Below, in pieces: positions 9,781-18,814 of a DNA stretch of 64,000 nt. Numbering within the stretch: the stretch's first letter is position 1; every line of letters begins with the position of its first letter. Both the position numbers and the translations under genes were made by a program. The notes beneath the pieces were generated by a model, which was not told the origin of the DNA, made no database searches, and saw only the letters and a list, made by a program, of their open reading frames with translations. The stretch lies in the sequence record MH791404.1. One strand, 5' to 3'.

Positions 9781-10113
9781 ATCTATCCCCTTCTCAGTCA
9801 GTAAGAACATGGTACTACACCAANNNNNNNNNNNNNNNNNNNNNNNNNNNNNNNNNNNNNNNNNNNNNNNNNNNNNNNNNNNNNNNNNNNNNNNNNNNNN
9901 NNNNNNNNNNNNNNNNNNNNNNNNNNNNNNNNNNNNNNNNNNNNNNNNNNNNNNNNNNNNNNNNNNNNNNNNNNNNAGTTATGAAAAAATGTGAAAGAAT
10001 ATTAACAGAACCCCTTATACAGCAAGGGATAGAGAGAAAATGTTTTAAAATGGTGTATAAAAGAAAATGCACCAAAAAAGTGCATTTTACCCCTCTCATG
10101 ATCGTTTGATGAT

Positions 10114-10448
10114 TCAGCGGAACATTCGATTATATTCAGCGTGGTAAAGTTCCAAGCTACGTTCAAAAGCAGCTTTCTTTTCTTGTACATCGTCCCATAG
10201 AGCTTCAATGGTATCCATGGGATTGATAACATCTTCAACAATATCAAAATACTTCATTTCGCGTGAACTGATGAAAGCATAANNNNNNNNNNNNNNNNNN
10301 NNNNNNCCATCATTGGAGAGATACCAACCACCTCCATCTGGATTACTTCATGTGGTTCATTACCAATCTTAAACTCGATATCTTTATTAAGATTATCGCA
10401 TTGGCGGAACTCGTGTCGGGACTGTTCGTCTTTAAACTTAATCTTCAT
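10114..10448 (-). CDS. MKIRFK-family protein with C-terminal coiled coil (split by N gap)
   Basis: MKIKFKDE...; frame below the gap reads YAFISSREMKYFDIVE...LWDDVQEKKAAF. Confidence 0.65.
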
Positions 10449-10698
10449 AATGCATCTCCAAATATTGAGTTTCATCTTCAAAGAAGCAAGCATTCCATCC
10501 ATTGTCTGGAACTGCTTTACCATACGTATTGAGAGTAATATTATTCCCTTTGCTATCCACGAGTTCGATGCTTCCATCAAAGCACGATTTGGCTTCATGG
10601 AAATCGTTACCCATGTATTCGGCGATAGACATATTAGCTCGTCCACCAGTGGTAAACGCGAACTTGGATTCGATATTTTTAAATCGCACTTTCATCAA
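10438..10698 (-). CDS. MKIRFK-family protein
   Basis: MKVRFK...N.SIAEYMG.D.HEA. Confidence 0.8.
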   Translation of the reverse strand: MMKVRFKNIESKFAFTTGGRANMSIAEYMGNDFHEAKSCFDGSIELVDSKGNNITLNTYGKAVPDNGWNACFFEDETQYLEMHYED

Positions 10699-11050
10699 GC
10701 TTCTCCATTACTGCTTTGTTGTATTCAACCATAGCATCATCATACTCTGCTTTCTTCTGTTGTGCAATATCCCAGAGAGATTTAATGGAAGGTTTATTTT
10801 CTACTGGGAGAATATCCCATTCGAAAAATTGATATTCCAAAGGAAGGATAGTAGTGGCAACATCAATACCACCAATAACCACATCCTTATTGTTCTCATC
10901 CACCAGAGACCAACGACGACCATTGAATGATACACGATTCCAATCCATACCCATATGTTTGGCGATGTGGGTGTTTGCGTGTACGCTATGAGCTATAAAT
11001 CGACTCCTGTGATCTTCACTGGGGAAACGGATACGCATAATATCTGACAT
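10679..11050 (-). CDS. MKIRFK-family protein with coiled coil
   Basis: MRIRFPSE...N.HIAKHMG...LWDIAQQKKAEYD. Confidence 0.8.
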   Translation of the reverse strand: MSDIMRIRFPSEDHRSRFIAHSVHANTHIAKHMGMDWNRVSFNGRRWSLVDENNKDVVIGGIDVATTILPLEYQFFEWDILPVENKPSIKSLWDIAQQKKAEYDDAMVEYNKAVMEKLDESAI

Positions 11051-11053
11051 AAT

Positions 11054-11311
11054 TTATTCTCCTTTACTATTTTGGACTTTACCATTGACGATATAAACCT
11101 TGGGAACGAAATCTACTTCCCCATCAATGTACACGTTGAGAATACCTGAATCGTCCTCATAAGTAAAGGCCAGATTTGAGTTGGTATTAGCAACCGACAT
11201 TTCTACTTTGTGCCCAGTAGAGGAAAGACGTTCAACAGGAACAAATAGGTTATGAGTTGGATTGGCATAACCTTTATCAACGAAGGCGTAATAGATAGTC
11301 CGAATATCCAT
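11054..11311 (-). CDS. hypothetical protein
   Basis: Downstream of promoter 11352-11380. Confidence 0.75.
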   Translation of the reverse strand: MDIRTIYYAFVDKGYANPTHNLFVPVERLSSTGHKVEMSVANTNSNLAFTYEDDSGILNVYIDGEVDFVPKVYIVNGKVQNSKGE

Positions 11312-11351
11312 TTAAATTTCCTTTCCTTTTGATGTCAACGGGACAAGTACC

Positions 11352-11380
11352 AATATACAGATAACCTAATAGATGGTCAA
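11352..11380 (-). promoter_or_regulatory. early promoter
   Basis: TTGACC-17-TATATT. Confidence 0.7.
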
Positions 11381-11673
11381 CTGTTTTCTTTAACCGATTG
11401 GATATAGTCGTTGAAAGCCTTGTCGTATTCGGCCTTCTTTTCTAACATGATATCGAAAAGGGTTTTTGGATCATCTTCAATCCAATCAAAGAAATCGTGT
11501 TCGGATTCAAGGATAAGAGTGCAATCAAGAATGTCGGTTTCGATGTAGTAATGACCATGGATCTTAACTACTTCAACAGGGTGCATTCTCATAAAATCTG
11601 CAATTTCCAAATTTTCTACCGATGCAGCTTTGAAATCGCGTAGATGTTGTTCTGACTTGAAACGGATCTTCAT
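11377..11673 (-). CDS. MKIRFK-family protein with coiled coil
   Basis: MKIRFKSE...LFDIMLEKKAEYD. Confidence 0.8.
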   Translation of the reverse strand: MKIRFKSEQHLRDFKAASVENLEIADFMRMHPVEVVKIHGHYYIETDILDCTLILESEHDFFDWIEDDPKTLFDIMLEKKAEYDKAFNDYIQSVKENS

Positions 11674-11676
11674 ATC

Positions 11677-11925
11677 TTATTCCCCTTCAATAACAAAGTA
11701 ACGACGCTCACCCTTATGGATAACCGCATTCCACCCTTCAAACCCAGAGATATATGGATCTGGAATAGTGATACCACAATTATTATCATCTATCAGCCCA
11801 ATATCCCCGCTACAATAATTGTATGCTTCGTGTGTATCCATCCCCATATAGTTTGCAATAGCAACGTTAGCACGACAATTGGAGAAGTCCTGATGGGCTT
11901 GTTCATCTTTAAAACGAATCTTCAT
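11677..11925 (-). CDS. MKIRFK-family protein
   Basis: MKIRFKDE...AIANYMGMDTHEA. Confidence 0.8.
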   Translation of the reverse strand: MKIRFKDEQAHQDFSNCRANVAIANYMGMDTHEAYNYCSGDIGLIDDNNCGITIPDPYISGFEGWNAVIHKGERRYFVIEGE

Positions 11926-11928
11926 AAT

Positions 11929-12145
11929 TTATTCCTCAACAATAGTGAAGTAATGGCTTTCGTCTTCAATTTGGATAGTGAAATCTCCATCAATAGTATC
12001 CCAGAAATCACCGGTATCGTCAATCTCTACTTTGAAGGTTTTCATACCATAACTCTTAACCATGTTGTGGTTGTGGCGGTGGAAAGACGGATCCCGTTTA
12101 GCAAAACTCTTCCATGGCTTTTTCATCTTTAAAACGAATCTTCAT
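11929..12145 (-). pseudogene. MKIRFK-family gene with apparent 1-nt frameshift (or sequence error)
   Basis: ATG at 12145 gives MKIRFKDEKAMEEFC-stop; removing one base of the A4 run at 12103-12106 restores a full paralogue of 17466-17684. Confidence 0.6.
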
Positions 12146-12385
12146 TTACTTAATCTCCACCAGACGCCACGGGATCATACCAATGGTGTAGAAGCACCAA
12201 GACATTGAGCTATCTTGGATATTGTAGATAGTACCATCATCCATTTCAATCACCGTAATCCCTTCGGTATATCCAGATTTGAGGGTTTCTTTTACTGTGA
12301 AATAGTTACCAACTACCATCAGTGGAAACTCTGATTTCATGATAGGGCTTACTTCTTCGATGATTTTGAATTTCTTGTTCAGCAT
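12146..12385 (-). CDS. WCF-family small domain protein
   Basis: MLNKKF...FTVKET...YNI...WCFYT; homologous to N-terminus of the 20119 ORF. Confidence 0.8.
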   Translation of the reverse strand: MLNKKFKIIEEVSPIMKSEFPLMVVGNYFTVKETLKSGYTEGITVIEMDDGTIYNIQDSSMSWCFYTIGMIPWRLVEIK

Positions 12386-12418
12386 ATCTTTATTCCTCTA
12401 ATAGTTGGCGAACAGTAT

Positions 12419-12595
12419 TCACCCCTTGAATTCAATTCCGAAATCTCTCTTTAGTGCTACAATAGCCTTGCGCCTTACCTCACTAGTTGAACCACTTCGT
12501 GCTAATGATTCAAGGCCAATGATTCGTGAGTTTGCTGGATGACGGCCTTGGTCCCAGACGCTTTTTATGCTCGGAATGTGATTGGTCTTTGACAC
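12419..12595 (-). CDS. hypothetical protein
   Basis: GTG start 12595 with GAGGA SD. Confidence 0.55.
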   Translation of the reverse strand: MSKTNHIPSIKSVWDQGRHPANSRIIGLESLARSGSTSEVRRKAIVALKRDFGIEFKG

Positions 12596-12599
12596 TAAA

Positions 12600-12842
12600 T
12601 TATTCCTCAATGATAAAGAACTGTTGTTCACCTTGATGTACCTGTGCTTCCCACTGGTCGAATTCACCAACAGTGATTGGGTCGCCGTTAACGTCTACCA
12701 GAGCAATGATGGTCTTACCACACTCTTCATACGAAATGGCGTCATGGGTATCCATTCCCATATATTCTGTAATAGCTGCATTTGCATCAGACATACACAC
12801 GAATTCATATTGAGCGTCGGTATCTTTGAAACGAATCTTCAT
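12600..12842 (-). CDS. MKIRFK-family protein
   Basis: AAGGAG SD; MKIRFKD...AAITEYMGMDTHDA. Confidence 0.8.
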   Translation of the reverse strand: MKIRFKDTDAQYEFVCMSDANAAITEYMGMDTHDAISYEECGKTIIALVDVNGDPITVGEFDQWEAQVHQGEQQFFIIEE

Positions 12843-12851
12843 AATCAGCTC

Positions 12852-13004
12852 CTTAACAATCAACACAAACATTATAAAACAGATTACCAGAGTAAACAAC
12901 CCACCAATCCCACCATTTGCATCTTTTTTACCAGCCCATTCAGCAACATGGATAAGAAAGAGGCCGAGCAATACCAGAACCAAGGAAATGAGGATATTCA
13001 TCAT
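12852..13004 (-). CDS. small two-TM protein (apparent fusion to next gene likely an indel)
   Basis: Two hydrophobic helices; TAA of TAAGGAG is one base out of frame. Confidence 0.55.
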
Positions 13005-13009
13005 NNNNN

Positions 13010-13366
13010 NNNNNNNNNNACTTCCAGACTATCCAGAGCTTCCCGTCGTTTAGCTTTTGCCTTTTCTTGTGTATGGTTATTATAACGTTTAAGGGCTCGG
13101 TGTCGCGCATTATCCAGTGCTTTGATTTCTTTCTTGTTGTTATTGATATCGAAAATCTCAATACATGTAGTCCCGCCATTGGTATTGGATTTGTTAAGGA
13201 AAATACTGCGGGGTTTTCCTTCGGCATCACAACTAAAACCAAGATGAAAACCTTCAAAGAAAACAGTCCGTGGCGTATCACCAAAGATATCACCAGTCGG
13301 ATGGGTATCCATATACTGTACCATGGCAGCGGCTTTGGGGTCGATTTTACGGAAGAATGAGAACAT
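13010..13366 (-). CDS. hypothetical protein (MFSFFRK family)
   Basis: TAAGGAG SD; 3' end lies in N gap. Confidence 0.7.
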
Positions 13367-13376
13367 AATCAGCTCC

Positions 13377-13595
13377 TTAGTGAACCAGAGTTTTTGCTTT
13401 CTTGGTGATGATGGTAACGGCCTTGCAACCGTTCTTGCGAACACCACGACCGACAGACAGGGTTTTGTTCCCAGTAGAGTTCACATCGACAGTACGAGCC
13501 CAACGATTGGTGGCCTGAGTACCGTTGTCAGTCATTTTACCAAAACCAGCAACACGAGCAGCGGAACGAGTGGCGAAGAAGATTTGTGCAGTCAT
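13377..13595 (-). CDS. small basic protein
   Basis: AAGGA SD before MTAQIFF; follows promoter 13640-13668. Confidence 0.75.
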   Translation of the reverse strand: MTAQIFFATRSAARVAGFGKMTDNGTQATNRWARTVDVNSTGNKTLSVGRGVRKNGCKAVTIITKKAKTLVH

Positions 13596-13639
13596 GACAA
13601 TTTCCTTTTTAAGAGAGGGAACCATTTCCCGACAAAGCT

Positions 13640-13668
13640 AGTATCTCAAAACACGCTTTCAGAGTCAA
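13640..13668 (-). promoter_or_regulatory. early promoter
   Basis: TTGACT-17-GATACT. Confidence 0.75.
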
Positions 13669-13929
13669 TCAATTTTTCAAAAGATTTTTGATTTCTTCCA
13701 TCTCATCTTTCAGATCGCTAATCCAATATTGAGCAGGGAAGCAATTCAGGAACTCCATATAAGCCCGGATAACCTCGATACATTCTTCCACATCACCGAG
13801 ATAAATCATTTCGCAAGCCCAGTCATAATCGACACCACACACGGTTTGAGCTGCATCATACACTTCATCAGTGATATTGTTCTCTGCAACGTTGATAACT
13901 TTTTTGGCAAGGGAAACGACGTAGTTCAT
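13669..13929 (-). CDS. hypothetical acidic protein
   Basis: ORF with SD downstream of promoter. Confidence 0.75.
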   Translation of the reverse strand: MNYVVSLAKKVINVAENNITDEVYDAAQTVCGVDYDWACEMIYLGDVEECIEVIRAYMEFLNCFPAQYWISDLKDEMEEIKNLLKN

Positions 13930-13965
13930 GGCAATTTCCTTTTCTTCCTCAGTGGGTATATGTGT

Positions 13966-13993
13966 ATATTACCAGATCACCAAATGGAGTCAA
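13966..13993 (-). promoter_or_regulatory. early promoter
   Basis: TTGACT-16-TGG.TAATAT; leader resembles 19111-19138. Confidence 0.7.
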
Positions 13994-14473
13994 TCAATTC
14001 CGAAAAATATTTTCCATTTCTTGTACTGTCATACCAGCTTTATTAGCAATTTCCTGTTTCTTGAGGCGCTTATCAATTTGAGCTTGAACGGATTCATTCA
14101 TCTTAACTTCGTTGATGGACACATACAACTCACCATCAACACGGATAAACGGAACTTCCGCCATAGGGGTTTTGTTGGTGATAGAATAGTGTTCTGCAAC
14201 CTTCTCATCAGTGGTTGTAACAGCGCCATATCCGTTCGCAATCAACCAAGCTTTTTCTTCAATGACAACTTCGAAATAAGAGACGCTTTCGATGATGGTC
14301 AGATAGTCCTTACCAAACGAGTAATCCCGTGTGTAATAACCATCATACTTAGTTTCCTTCTGCCAATTAGCACCATTCTCAATGGCATCAATGGCTTTCT
14401 TACCCCATTCAGTCAATCCAAAACGAGACATGAATTTGGAGCGGAGAATAGGGGATTTGAATTTCAGTTTCAT
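13994..14473 (-). CDS. hypothetical protein
   Basis: GAGGA SD. Confidence 0.75.
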   Translation of the reverse strand: MKLKFKSPILRSKFMSRFGLTEWGKKAIDAIENGANWQKETKYDGYYTRDYSFGKDYLTIIESVSYFEVVIEEKAWLIANGYGAVTTTDEKVAEHYSITNKTPMAEVPFIRVDGELYVSINEVKMNESVQAQIDKRLKKQEIANKAGMTVQEMENIFRN

Positions 14474-14485
14474 ATTAATTTCCTC

Positions 14486-14782
14486 TTACTTAGAAGCGTA
14501 ATAAATTGCGGCCCGGAGATTTACCAGAGCCATATCAAGGTGAATACCAATCAGGTCATCCTCATAAGAATCACCACGGTCTGAAACAGTTTTTGCATCA
14601 TCGATATTACGAATGGCGGAATCAATATAACCCCGGATCTCATCCTCACCCATAGAAACAGAGATATAGATGTTGGAAAGGGTTTGTATGTTCTCATCAA
14701 AATCCCGGTCAGAAACCTCAAATTTCTTAGACAAACATTTAACGGATTCGAAAGCTTCACGCAGGGCGATGGTGATTTCCAT
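14486..14782 (-). CDS. hypothetical helical protein
   Basis: AAGGAG SD before MEITIAL. Confidence 0.7.
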   Translation of the reverse strand: MEITIALREAFESVKCLSKKFEVSDRDFDENIQTLSNIYISVSMGEDEIRGYIDSAIRNIDDAKTVSDRGDSYEDDLIGIHLDMALVNLRAAIYYASK

Positions 14783-14791
14783 AATATTCTC

Positions 14792-15055
14792 CTTAGACTT
14801 CAACACGAACAACAGTATAACCGTAACCAAGATACCCAGTTCTTCTTGCATTACATCAGCTCGGCGTTGGGCTTCGTCACGCGCTTTTCCATCATATTCG
14901 ATAGTAGACTCTACGTGGACCGAAACAACATAGTCAGAACTATCCGGGCCGTTTTCCAGTACCGCATATGCGTTGCGATAAACCAGACCTTGACGCTTTT
15001 TGGATTTTGCTTCTTCCAGCTTGACAGCGATTGCATTCATCATTTCGTTTACCAT
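14792..15055 (-). CDS. hypothetical protein (apparent read-through into next gene likely an indel)
   Basis: GGAGG SD before MVNEM; one extra T near 14820 gives natural stop TAAGGAG. Confidence 0.6.
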
Positions 15056-15080
15056 AAGAACCTCCCGTTTCGATATACAC

Positions 15081-15114
15081 ATAGTAAAACAAATGACTCA
15101 CCGAAGCAAGCCAT
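15081..15114 (-). promoter_or_regulatory. terminator/promoter composite
   Basis: TTGCTT-17-TACTAT; -35 lies in 5' arm of a C(UUCG)G hairpin. Confidence 0.7.
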
Positions 15115-15128
15115 TTTTCATTTTATTT

Positions 15129-15350
15129 TCAACCCAGAATCTTACTGAAATCCATAATGGATAGAAGGGTTACATACCCGTTGATGGACATTGCACACAG
15201 GGCAAAGTGCATCAAGTAAGAAAGGAATTTCTCTACCTTACTGTATTGGCGAGATTCGTAATAGGTTGCAACACCGTTGAACACGATACCACACAGAAAC
15301 ATGGTGGTAATAAGAACGAAACCAATTTGACTATTAATAAAATCCATCAT
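15129..15350 (-). CDS. two-TM membrane protein
   Basis: Two hydrophobic helices. Confidence 0.75.
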   Translation of the reverse strand: MMDFINSQIGFVLITTMFLCGIVFNGVATYYESRQYSKVEKFLSYLMHFALCAMSINGYVTLLSIMDFSKILG

Positions 15351-15360
15351 AATAAACTCC

Positions 15361-15627
15361 TTACAGGTAGTGGTCTTTCATTTCAAACGGGATATTGTTT
15401 TCTTCTGCCAGATGTTTCATGGTAGCAACATCACTCACCTCACAGGTGGTAACGTAATCATTGAAACTTGGTTCAGTAAGGATAACCCGGTGGCCGTCAA
15501 TATCGAAAATGTAATTGGTCTGGGTAAAACCGATATCTGCATCATAATTGGTCTCGGTAGCGTAATAACCCACACCAATCATTTCCAGAAGTTCCAACAG
15601 GTCTTGAATATCAAAGCGAATATACAT
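15361..15627 (-). CDS. hypothetical protein
   Basis: ORF tiles run. Confidence 0.75.
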   Translation of the reverse strand: MYIRFDIQDLLELLEMIGVGYYATETNYDADIGFTQTNYIFDIDGHRVILTEPSFNDYVTTCEVSDVATMKHLAEENNIPFEMKDHYL

Positions 15628-15781
15628 ATAAAATTTCCTCTACAAGAATTTCACACTGTTCACCATAAAAAGCTTCTTTGGCAACTTTCTTACCAAAAGA
15701 CACTGCGCCCTTTTGAGTTTTATAAACATCATAAGAAATAGAACCAGTTTCACCGTGGACAGTCACTTTGAAACCTAGCAT
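15611..15781 (-). CDS. hypothetical protein
   Basis: GAGGG SD before MLGFKV. Confidence 0.7.
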   Translation of the reverse strand: MLGFKVTVHGETGSISYDVYKTQKGAVSFGKKVAKEAFYGEQCEILVEEILYVYSL

Positions 15782-15812
15782 GATAATTCCCTCGCGTTTT
15801 ACAAACAAGGAA

Positions 15813-15841
15813 AGTATCCCATAAATCGATTACCGTTACAA
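15813..15841 (-). promoter_or_regulatory. early promoter
   Basis: TTGTAA-17-GATACT. Confidence 0.65.
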
Positions 15842-15873
15842 GTAATTTTTTAGAAAATTATACTCATCAGAGT

Positions 15874-16020
15874 TTAATTACACATTGGAACTAGATCACT
15901 ATCCAGAGACATAATAAATTCGATGACTTGAGCCTTCTCGCTCGGATAAGTATCAATCGTATCCTGTGACATCCAATATAACTTAAGTTGGACATTCTTT
16001 GTATCAATCAAAACCATCAT
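15874..16020 (-). CDS. hypothetical protein, 48 aa
   Basis: Read by hand; TAAGGGGATAGT SD. Confidence 0.55.
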   Translation of the reverse strand: MMVLIDTKNVQLKLYWMSQDTIDTYPSEKAQVIEFIMSLDSDLVPMCN

Positions 16021-16021
16021 A

Positions 16022-16435
16022 CTATCCCCTTAGAAAGTCATCATAATCGGTTGGGCTCCACAGATCGTCGTCCCAGCACTCCTGTTTCTTAGGAAGCGAT
16101 TTAACGTGCTCAGACCAGCGTTTGGCAGCCTTGTAAGTGTAGAAGGTGCGATTAGTACCACCCGGATGACTACCACCAATACCAGCATCGGTAAGGCTGA
16201 AATCATCATTAAAGAAGTTACTCACTTCTCGAACCACACCGAATTTGTAACTATTGGTTTTGAACCACTTACGATAGTTCACCCACAGAGTACCATTCAG
16301 CACAGAATCTTTTTTCTTGTACACAAATGGACGAGAGGTGATCAGAAGCTTGGTGATGAAACCGGTAGGGCCACATACACGATATACAGTCTGACCAGCG
16401 CGGAGAGATTTTGCAGTTACTTTACCTTTAGCCAT
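16022..16435 (-). CDS. basic hypothetical protein
   Basis: ORF tiles run. Confidence 0.75.
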   Translation of the reverse strand: MAKGKVTAKSLRAGQTVYRVCGPTGFITKLLITSRPFVYKKKDSVLNGTLWVNYRKWFKTNSYKFGVVREVSNFFNDDFSLTDAGIGGSHPGGTNRTFYTYKAAKRWSEHVKSLPKKQECWDDDLWSPTDYDDFLRG

Positions 16436-16437
16436 GA

Positions 16438-16614
16438 TTATTGCTCCTGATATACTTTAACCAAATTCATGAGGAAATTCAGTTCCTCGTCAGTGATGTA
16501 TGGTGTGGCTTCAATCCATTTACCCAAAGCAACTAGTGCCATTCGATGACCATTAGATTTTATCAGATCACTGGTTTGTTTTGCAACTAGTTCTACAAGA
16601 ATTTTATTTTTCAT
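16438..16614 (-). CDS. hypothetical protein, 58 aa
   Basis: Read by hand; same TAAGGGGATAGTATG junction as 16020. Confidence 0.6.
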   Translation of the reverse strand: MKNKILVELVAKQTSDLIKSNGHRMALVALGKWIEATPYITDEELNFLMNLVKVYQEQ

Positions 16615-16623
16615 ACTATCCCC

Positions 16624-16779
16624 TTAGATAGCAAGTTTTGCTTTAGCGTGATAAACACCAATATATTTTTCTTGAATCTTCTCAACTGCACATTTCGGGG
16701 AGTTTGCCCAAACGTATTCTGTAAGGACTTTATCACCAAATGCATTTTGAATTTTGAAGGAAACGATAAAACTTTTCAT
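16624..16779 (-). CDS. hypothetical protein, 51 aa
   Basis: Read by hand; TAAGGG SD. Confidence 0.6.
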   Translation of the reverse strand: MKSFIVSFKIQNAFGDKVLTEYVWANSPKCAVEKIQEKYIGVYHAKAKLAI

Positions 16780-16787
16780 AATATCCC

Positions 16788-17033
16788 TTAATAATTCTTA
16801 ACAACAATGTGAGAGATGGAATCACCGTAAGTTTCCAGCGCCTGTTTGGTGTACATACGGCCTTTATTCTCAACACCATTTTCAGTGCTGATACTCACAT
16901 CAACAACAAAGTCCATACCACCATTATCAAGTGCGGCCTTCATGGTAATGGTTCCGATAGTAGAAGTGCAAACCAGAGTTTGATTACCAAGCATGTTATT
17001 CAGGCGATTACGGAGTTTGGTGTTCATAGTCAT
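16788..17033 (-). CDS. hypothetical protein
   Basis: Downstream of promoter. Confidence 0.75.
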   Translation of the reverse strand: MTMNTKLRNRLNNMLGNQTLVCTSTIGTITMKAALDNGGMDFVVDVSISTENGVENKGRMYTKQALETYGDSISHIVVKNY

Positions 17034-17057
17034 TTCCTTCTCAGTTGGTGTACAGAC

Positions 17058-17085
17058 ATAATACCAGAACCATTTATCGAGTCAA
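17058..17085 (-). promoter_or_regulatory. early promoter
   Basis: TTGACT-16-TGG.TATTAT. Confidence 0.7.
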
Positions 17086-17088
17086 ACG

Positions 17089-17412
17089 TTATTTGATAAA
17101 TTCTTTGTTCAGACGGTAAATATTTTCTTCGTAGTAGTTGTCACCATAAACACGGTCGCGACCATAGTTGTATTTCTTCAAAGTGGGTTCTTTGACACTG
17201 AACTTGTGGTCAACAATCAGAACACCAGCCTTAATGAGAGCGCGAACAGTAGCACGGTTAACAGCACCCAGACGGAAAGTCATATCTTCTTTTGCCTTAC
17301 CCTTGGGAGTGTTTTCCCAGCGAACCAAATCAACTTGATACTGGTTCCAAAGACGCTCAACTTCCGCAACACAAATAGCAACTACTTCGTTTTGGGCTTT
17401 GCTGAGTTTCAT
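17089..17412 (-). CDS. hypothetical protein
   Basis: Downstream of leader repeat. Confidence 0.75.
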   Translation of the reverse strand: MKLSKAQNEVVAICVAEVERLWNQYQVDLVRWENTPKGKAKEDMTFRLGAVNRATVRALIKAGVLIVDHKFSVKEPTLKKYNYGRDRVYGDNYYEENIYRLNKEFIK

Positions 17413-17476
17413 GATTTCTTCCTTTCCGTCTCTCGTTTCGATATGGATATAATACCAGAACAGGATTACGATGCAA
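17407..17476 (-). repeat. 48-bp leader repeat copy 1 with promoter TTGCAT-16-TATTAT
   Basis: 17407-17454 is 47/48 identical to 18083-18130. Confidence 0.9.
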
Positions 17477-17684
17477 CAACTATTTCAAAATAAATTCCTT
17501 CACCAGTTTTATGGATAGTGAAATCACCATCTACCGTATCCCACCAAGATTCAGTAATATCAACCTCAACCTCGAAAGGGTTCATACCATGACGACGAAC
17601 CAGATCTTTATTATGGGAAGACCAACCAAGGTTGATATTTGCGAACTCGTTCATGTGTGCTTCTGATTTGAATTTGATTTTCAT
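17466..17684 (-). CDS. MKIRFK-family protein
   Basis: MKIKFKSE...HN...G...F.VE...DT.DGDFTI. Confidence 0.8.
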   Translation of the reverse strand: MKIKFKSEAHMNEFANINLGWSSHNKDLVRRHGMNPFEVEVDITESWWDTVDGDFTIHKTGEGIYFEIVVAS

Positions 17685-17686
17685 AA

Positions 17687-18088
17687 TTAACCCCTTTGAA
17701 CTTTAGCAACGTTTTTCTTGAACTCTTCGACTTTCTTTTCCATCAACTCAACAAAAGTAACCGGGGCCTTGCGAGCTTTAGCAGCATCAAGCTGGTCTTC
17801 CAGATCGAACAGCTCACGAGTGACGTAGAGTTGAGCAATGGTCAGGGTGTATTTGTCGGCCTGTTCGTCGGTCATATCAGCAACAACACCATAGTTCCGA
17901 CCGTTGGCGATATCAACCCCGTGCTCAGGACGGAAGTGGTTACCGAGCATTGCACCGGTCTCTGGATGACACAGGGTCATTTGCTTCTTACCACAGGATT
18001 TCACAACAGCACGGGACCAAGAGAAGGTTCCTTTACCGTCTACGCTTGCAACCTGAATAACAACCTGACCTTTGGTGAATGCTTTCAT
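17687..18088 (-). CDS. hypothetical protein
   Basis: Downstream of leader repeat. Confidence 0.75.
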   Translation of the reverse strand: MKAFTKGQVVIQVASVDGKGTFSWSRAVVKSCGKKQMTLCHPETGAMLGNHFRPEHGVDIANGRNYGVVADMTDEQADKYTLTIAQLYVTRELFDLEDQLDAAKARKAPVTFVELMEKKVEEFKKNVAKVQRG

Positions 18089-18163
18089 GATTTCTTCCTT
18101 TCCGTCTCTCGTTTCGATATGAATATAATAGTCGAAAAGGGCCTACCGAAGCAAGCCCTTTTT
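18083..18163 (-). repeat. 48-bp leader repeat copy 2 plus UUCG terminator/promoter composite
   Basis: GGGCUUGC-UUCG-GUAGGCCC-UUUU containing TTGCTT-18-TATTAT. Confidence 0.85.
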
Positions 18164-18168
18164 ATCAT

Positions 18169-18399
18169 TTATTTCAAAATAAATTCCACGATATCGTATT
18201 GTTCTGGATCGATTTGGACAAACAGATTGTCGTTGACACCATCCAACGTATCTTGAATTTTCTGTGAGGTGGTTTCGGTGTAGACAAAAGCAACTGCATG
18301 ATCTCCAATTGCTTCATCATCTACCAAATAAACAGCTTCACCACACACCTCTACCATAGCAACTTTACCAGTATATTTGTTTTTCAGTGCATAGAACAT
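18169..18399 (-). CDS. hypothetical protein, paralogue of 43425-43688
   Basis: MF.AL..K.TGK...Y[DE]IV. Confidence 0.7.
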   Translation of the reverse strand: MFYALKNKYTGKVAMVEVCGEAVYLVDDEAIGDHAVAFVYTETTSQKIQDTLDGVNDNLFVQIDPEQYDIVEFILK

Positions 18400-18402
18400 A
18401 TT

Positions 18403-18594
18403 TTATCCTTGGTTGAAAGTAACAACAATTTCCATCTCATGGAGTGGCTGACCATACAACTCGATAGCGTTATAACCAGTTGGGTCGAAATGCACCAATC
18501 CGTCTACGTCAAAATGGTTACCGAAGAAAACGAATTCTACTTTTGCATTGGGATCTCGTTCTTGGAGAATCTTAATCAAATCACAATTTTTCAA
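18403..18594 (-). CDS. hypothetical protein
   Basis: ORF tiles run. Confidence 0.7.
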   Translation of the reverse strand: MKNCDLIKILQERDPNAKVEFVFFGNHFDVDGLVHFDPTGYNAIELYGQPLHEMEIVVTFNQG

Positions 18595-18811
18595 ACTTTA
18601 TTTCCCCCACCAGAGATTCAGAAACCCTGTCGTAAATCATAATCGTTTTTGCGTTGTATGGACTCTCAATAGAATCCACCAGTTTCAACCAACAAGGGAA
18701 ATCGGTTTCTTCGTAATAGGTGTAACTCTCTTTCCACTGTCCGATAGTAGCAACGAAATCACCACGGGTTTCGAACCAAACATATCCCAGAGCTTCCATA
18801 ATCTTTTTCAT
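18581..18811 (-). CDS. hypothetical protein
   Basis: ORF tiles run. Confidence 0.7.
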   Translation of the reverse strand: MKKIMEALGYVWFETRGDFVATIGQWKESYTYYEETDFPCWLKLVDSIESPYNAKTIMIYDRVSESLVGEIKFEKL

Positions 18812-18814
18812 ATN

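Noticed and set aside
12600-13004. Membrane anchor fused in frame to an MKIRFK domain
   Set aside because: One extra T (GTT TAA GGAG) gives a normal stop and SD junction as at 13377; likely homopolymer deletion
14486-15082. 198-aa fusion ORF
   Set aside because: Internal AAGGAG-ATG start; one extra T near 14820 gives ...VYTVVRVEV-stop; likely indel
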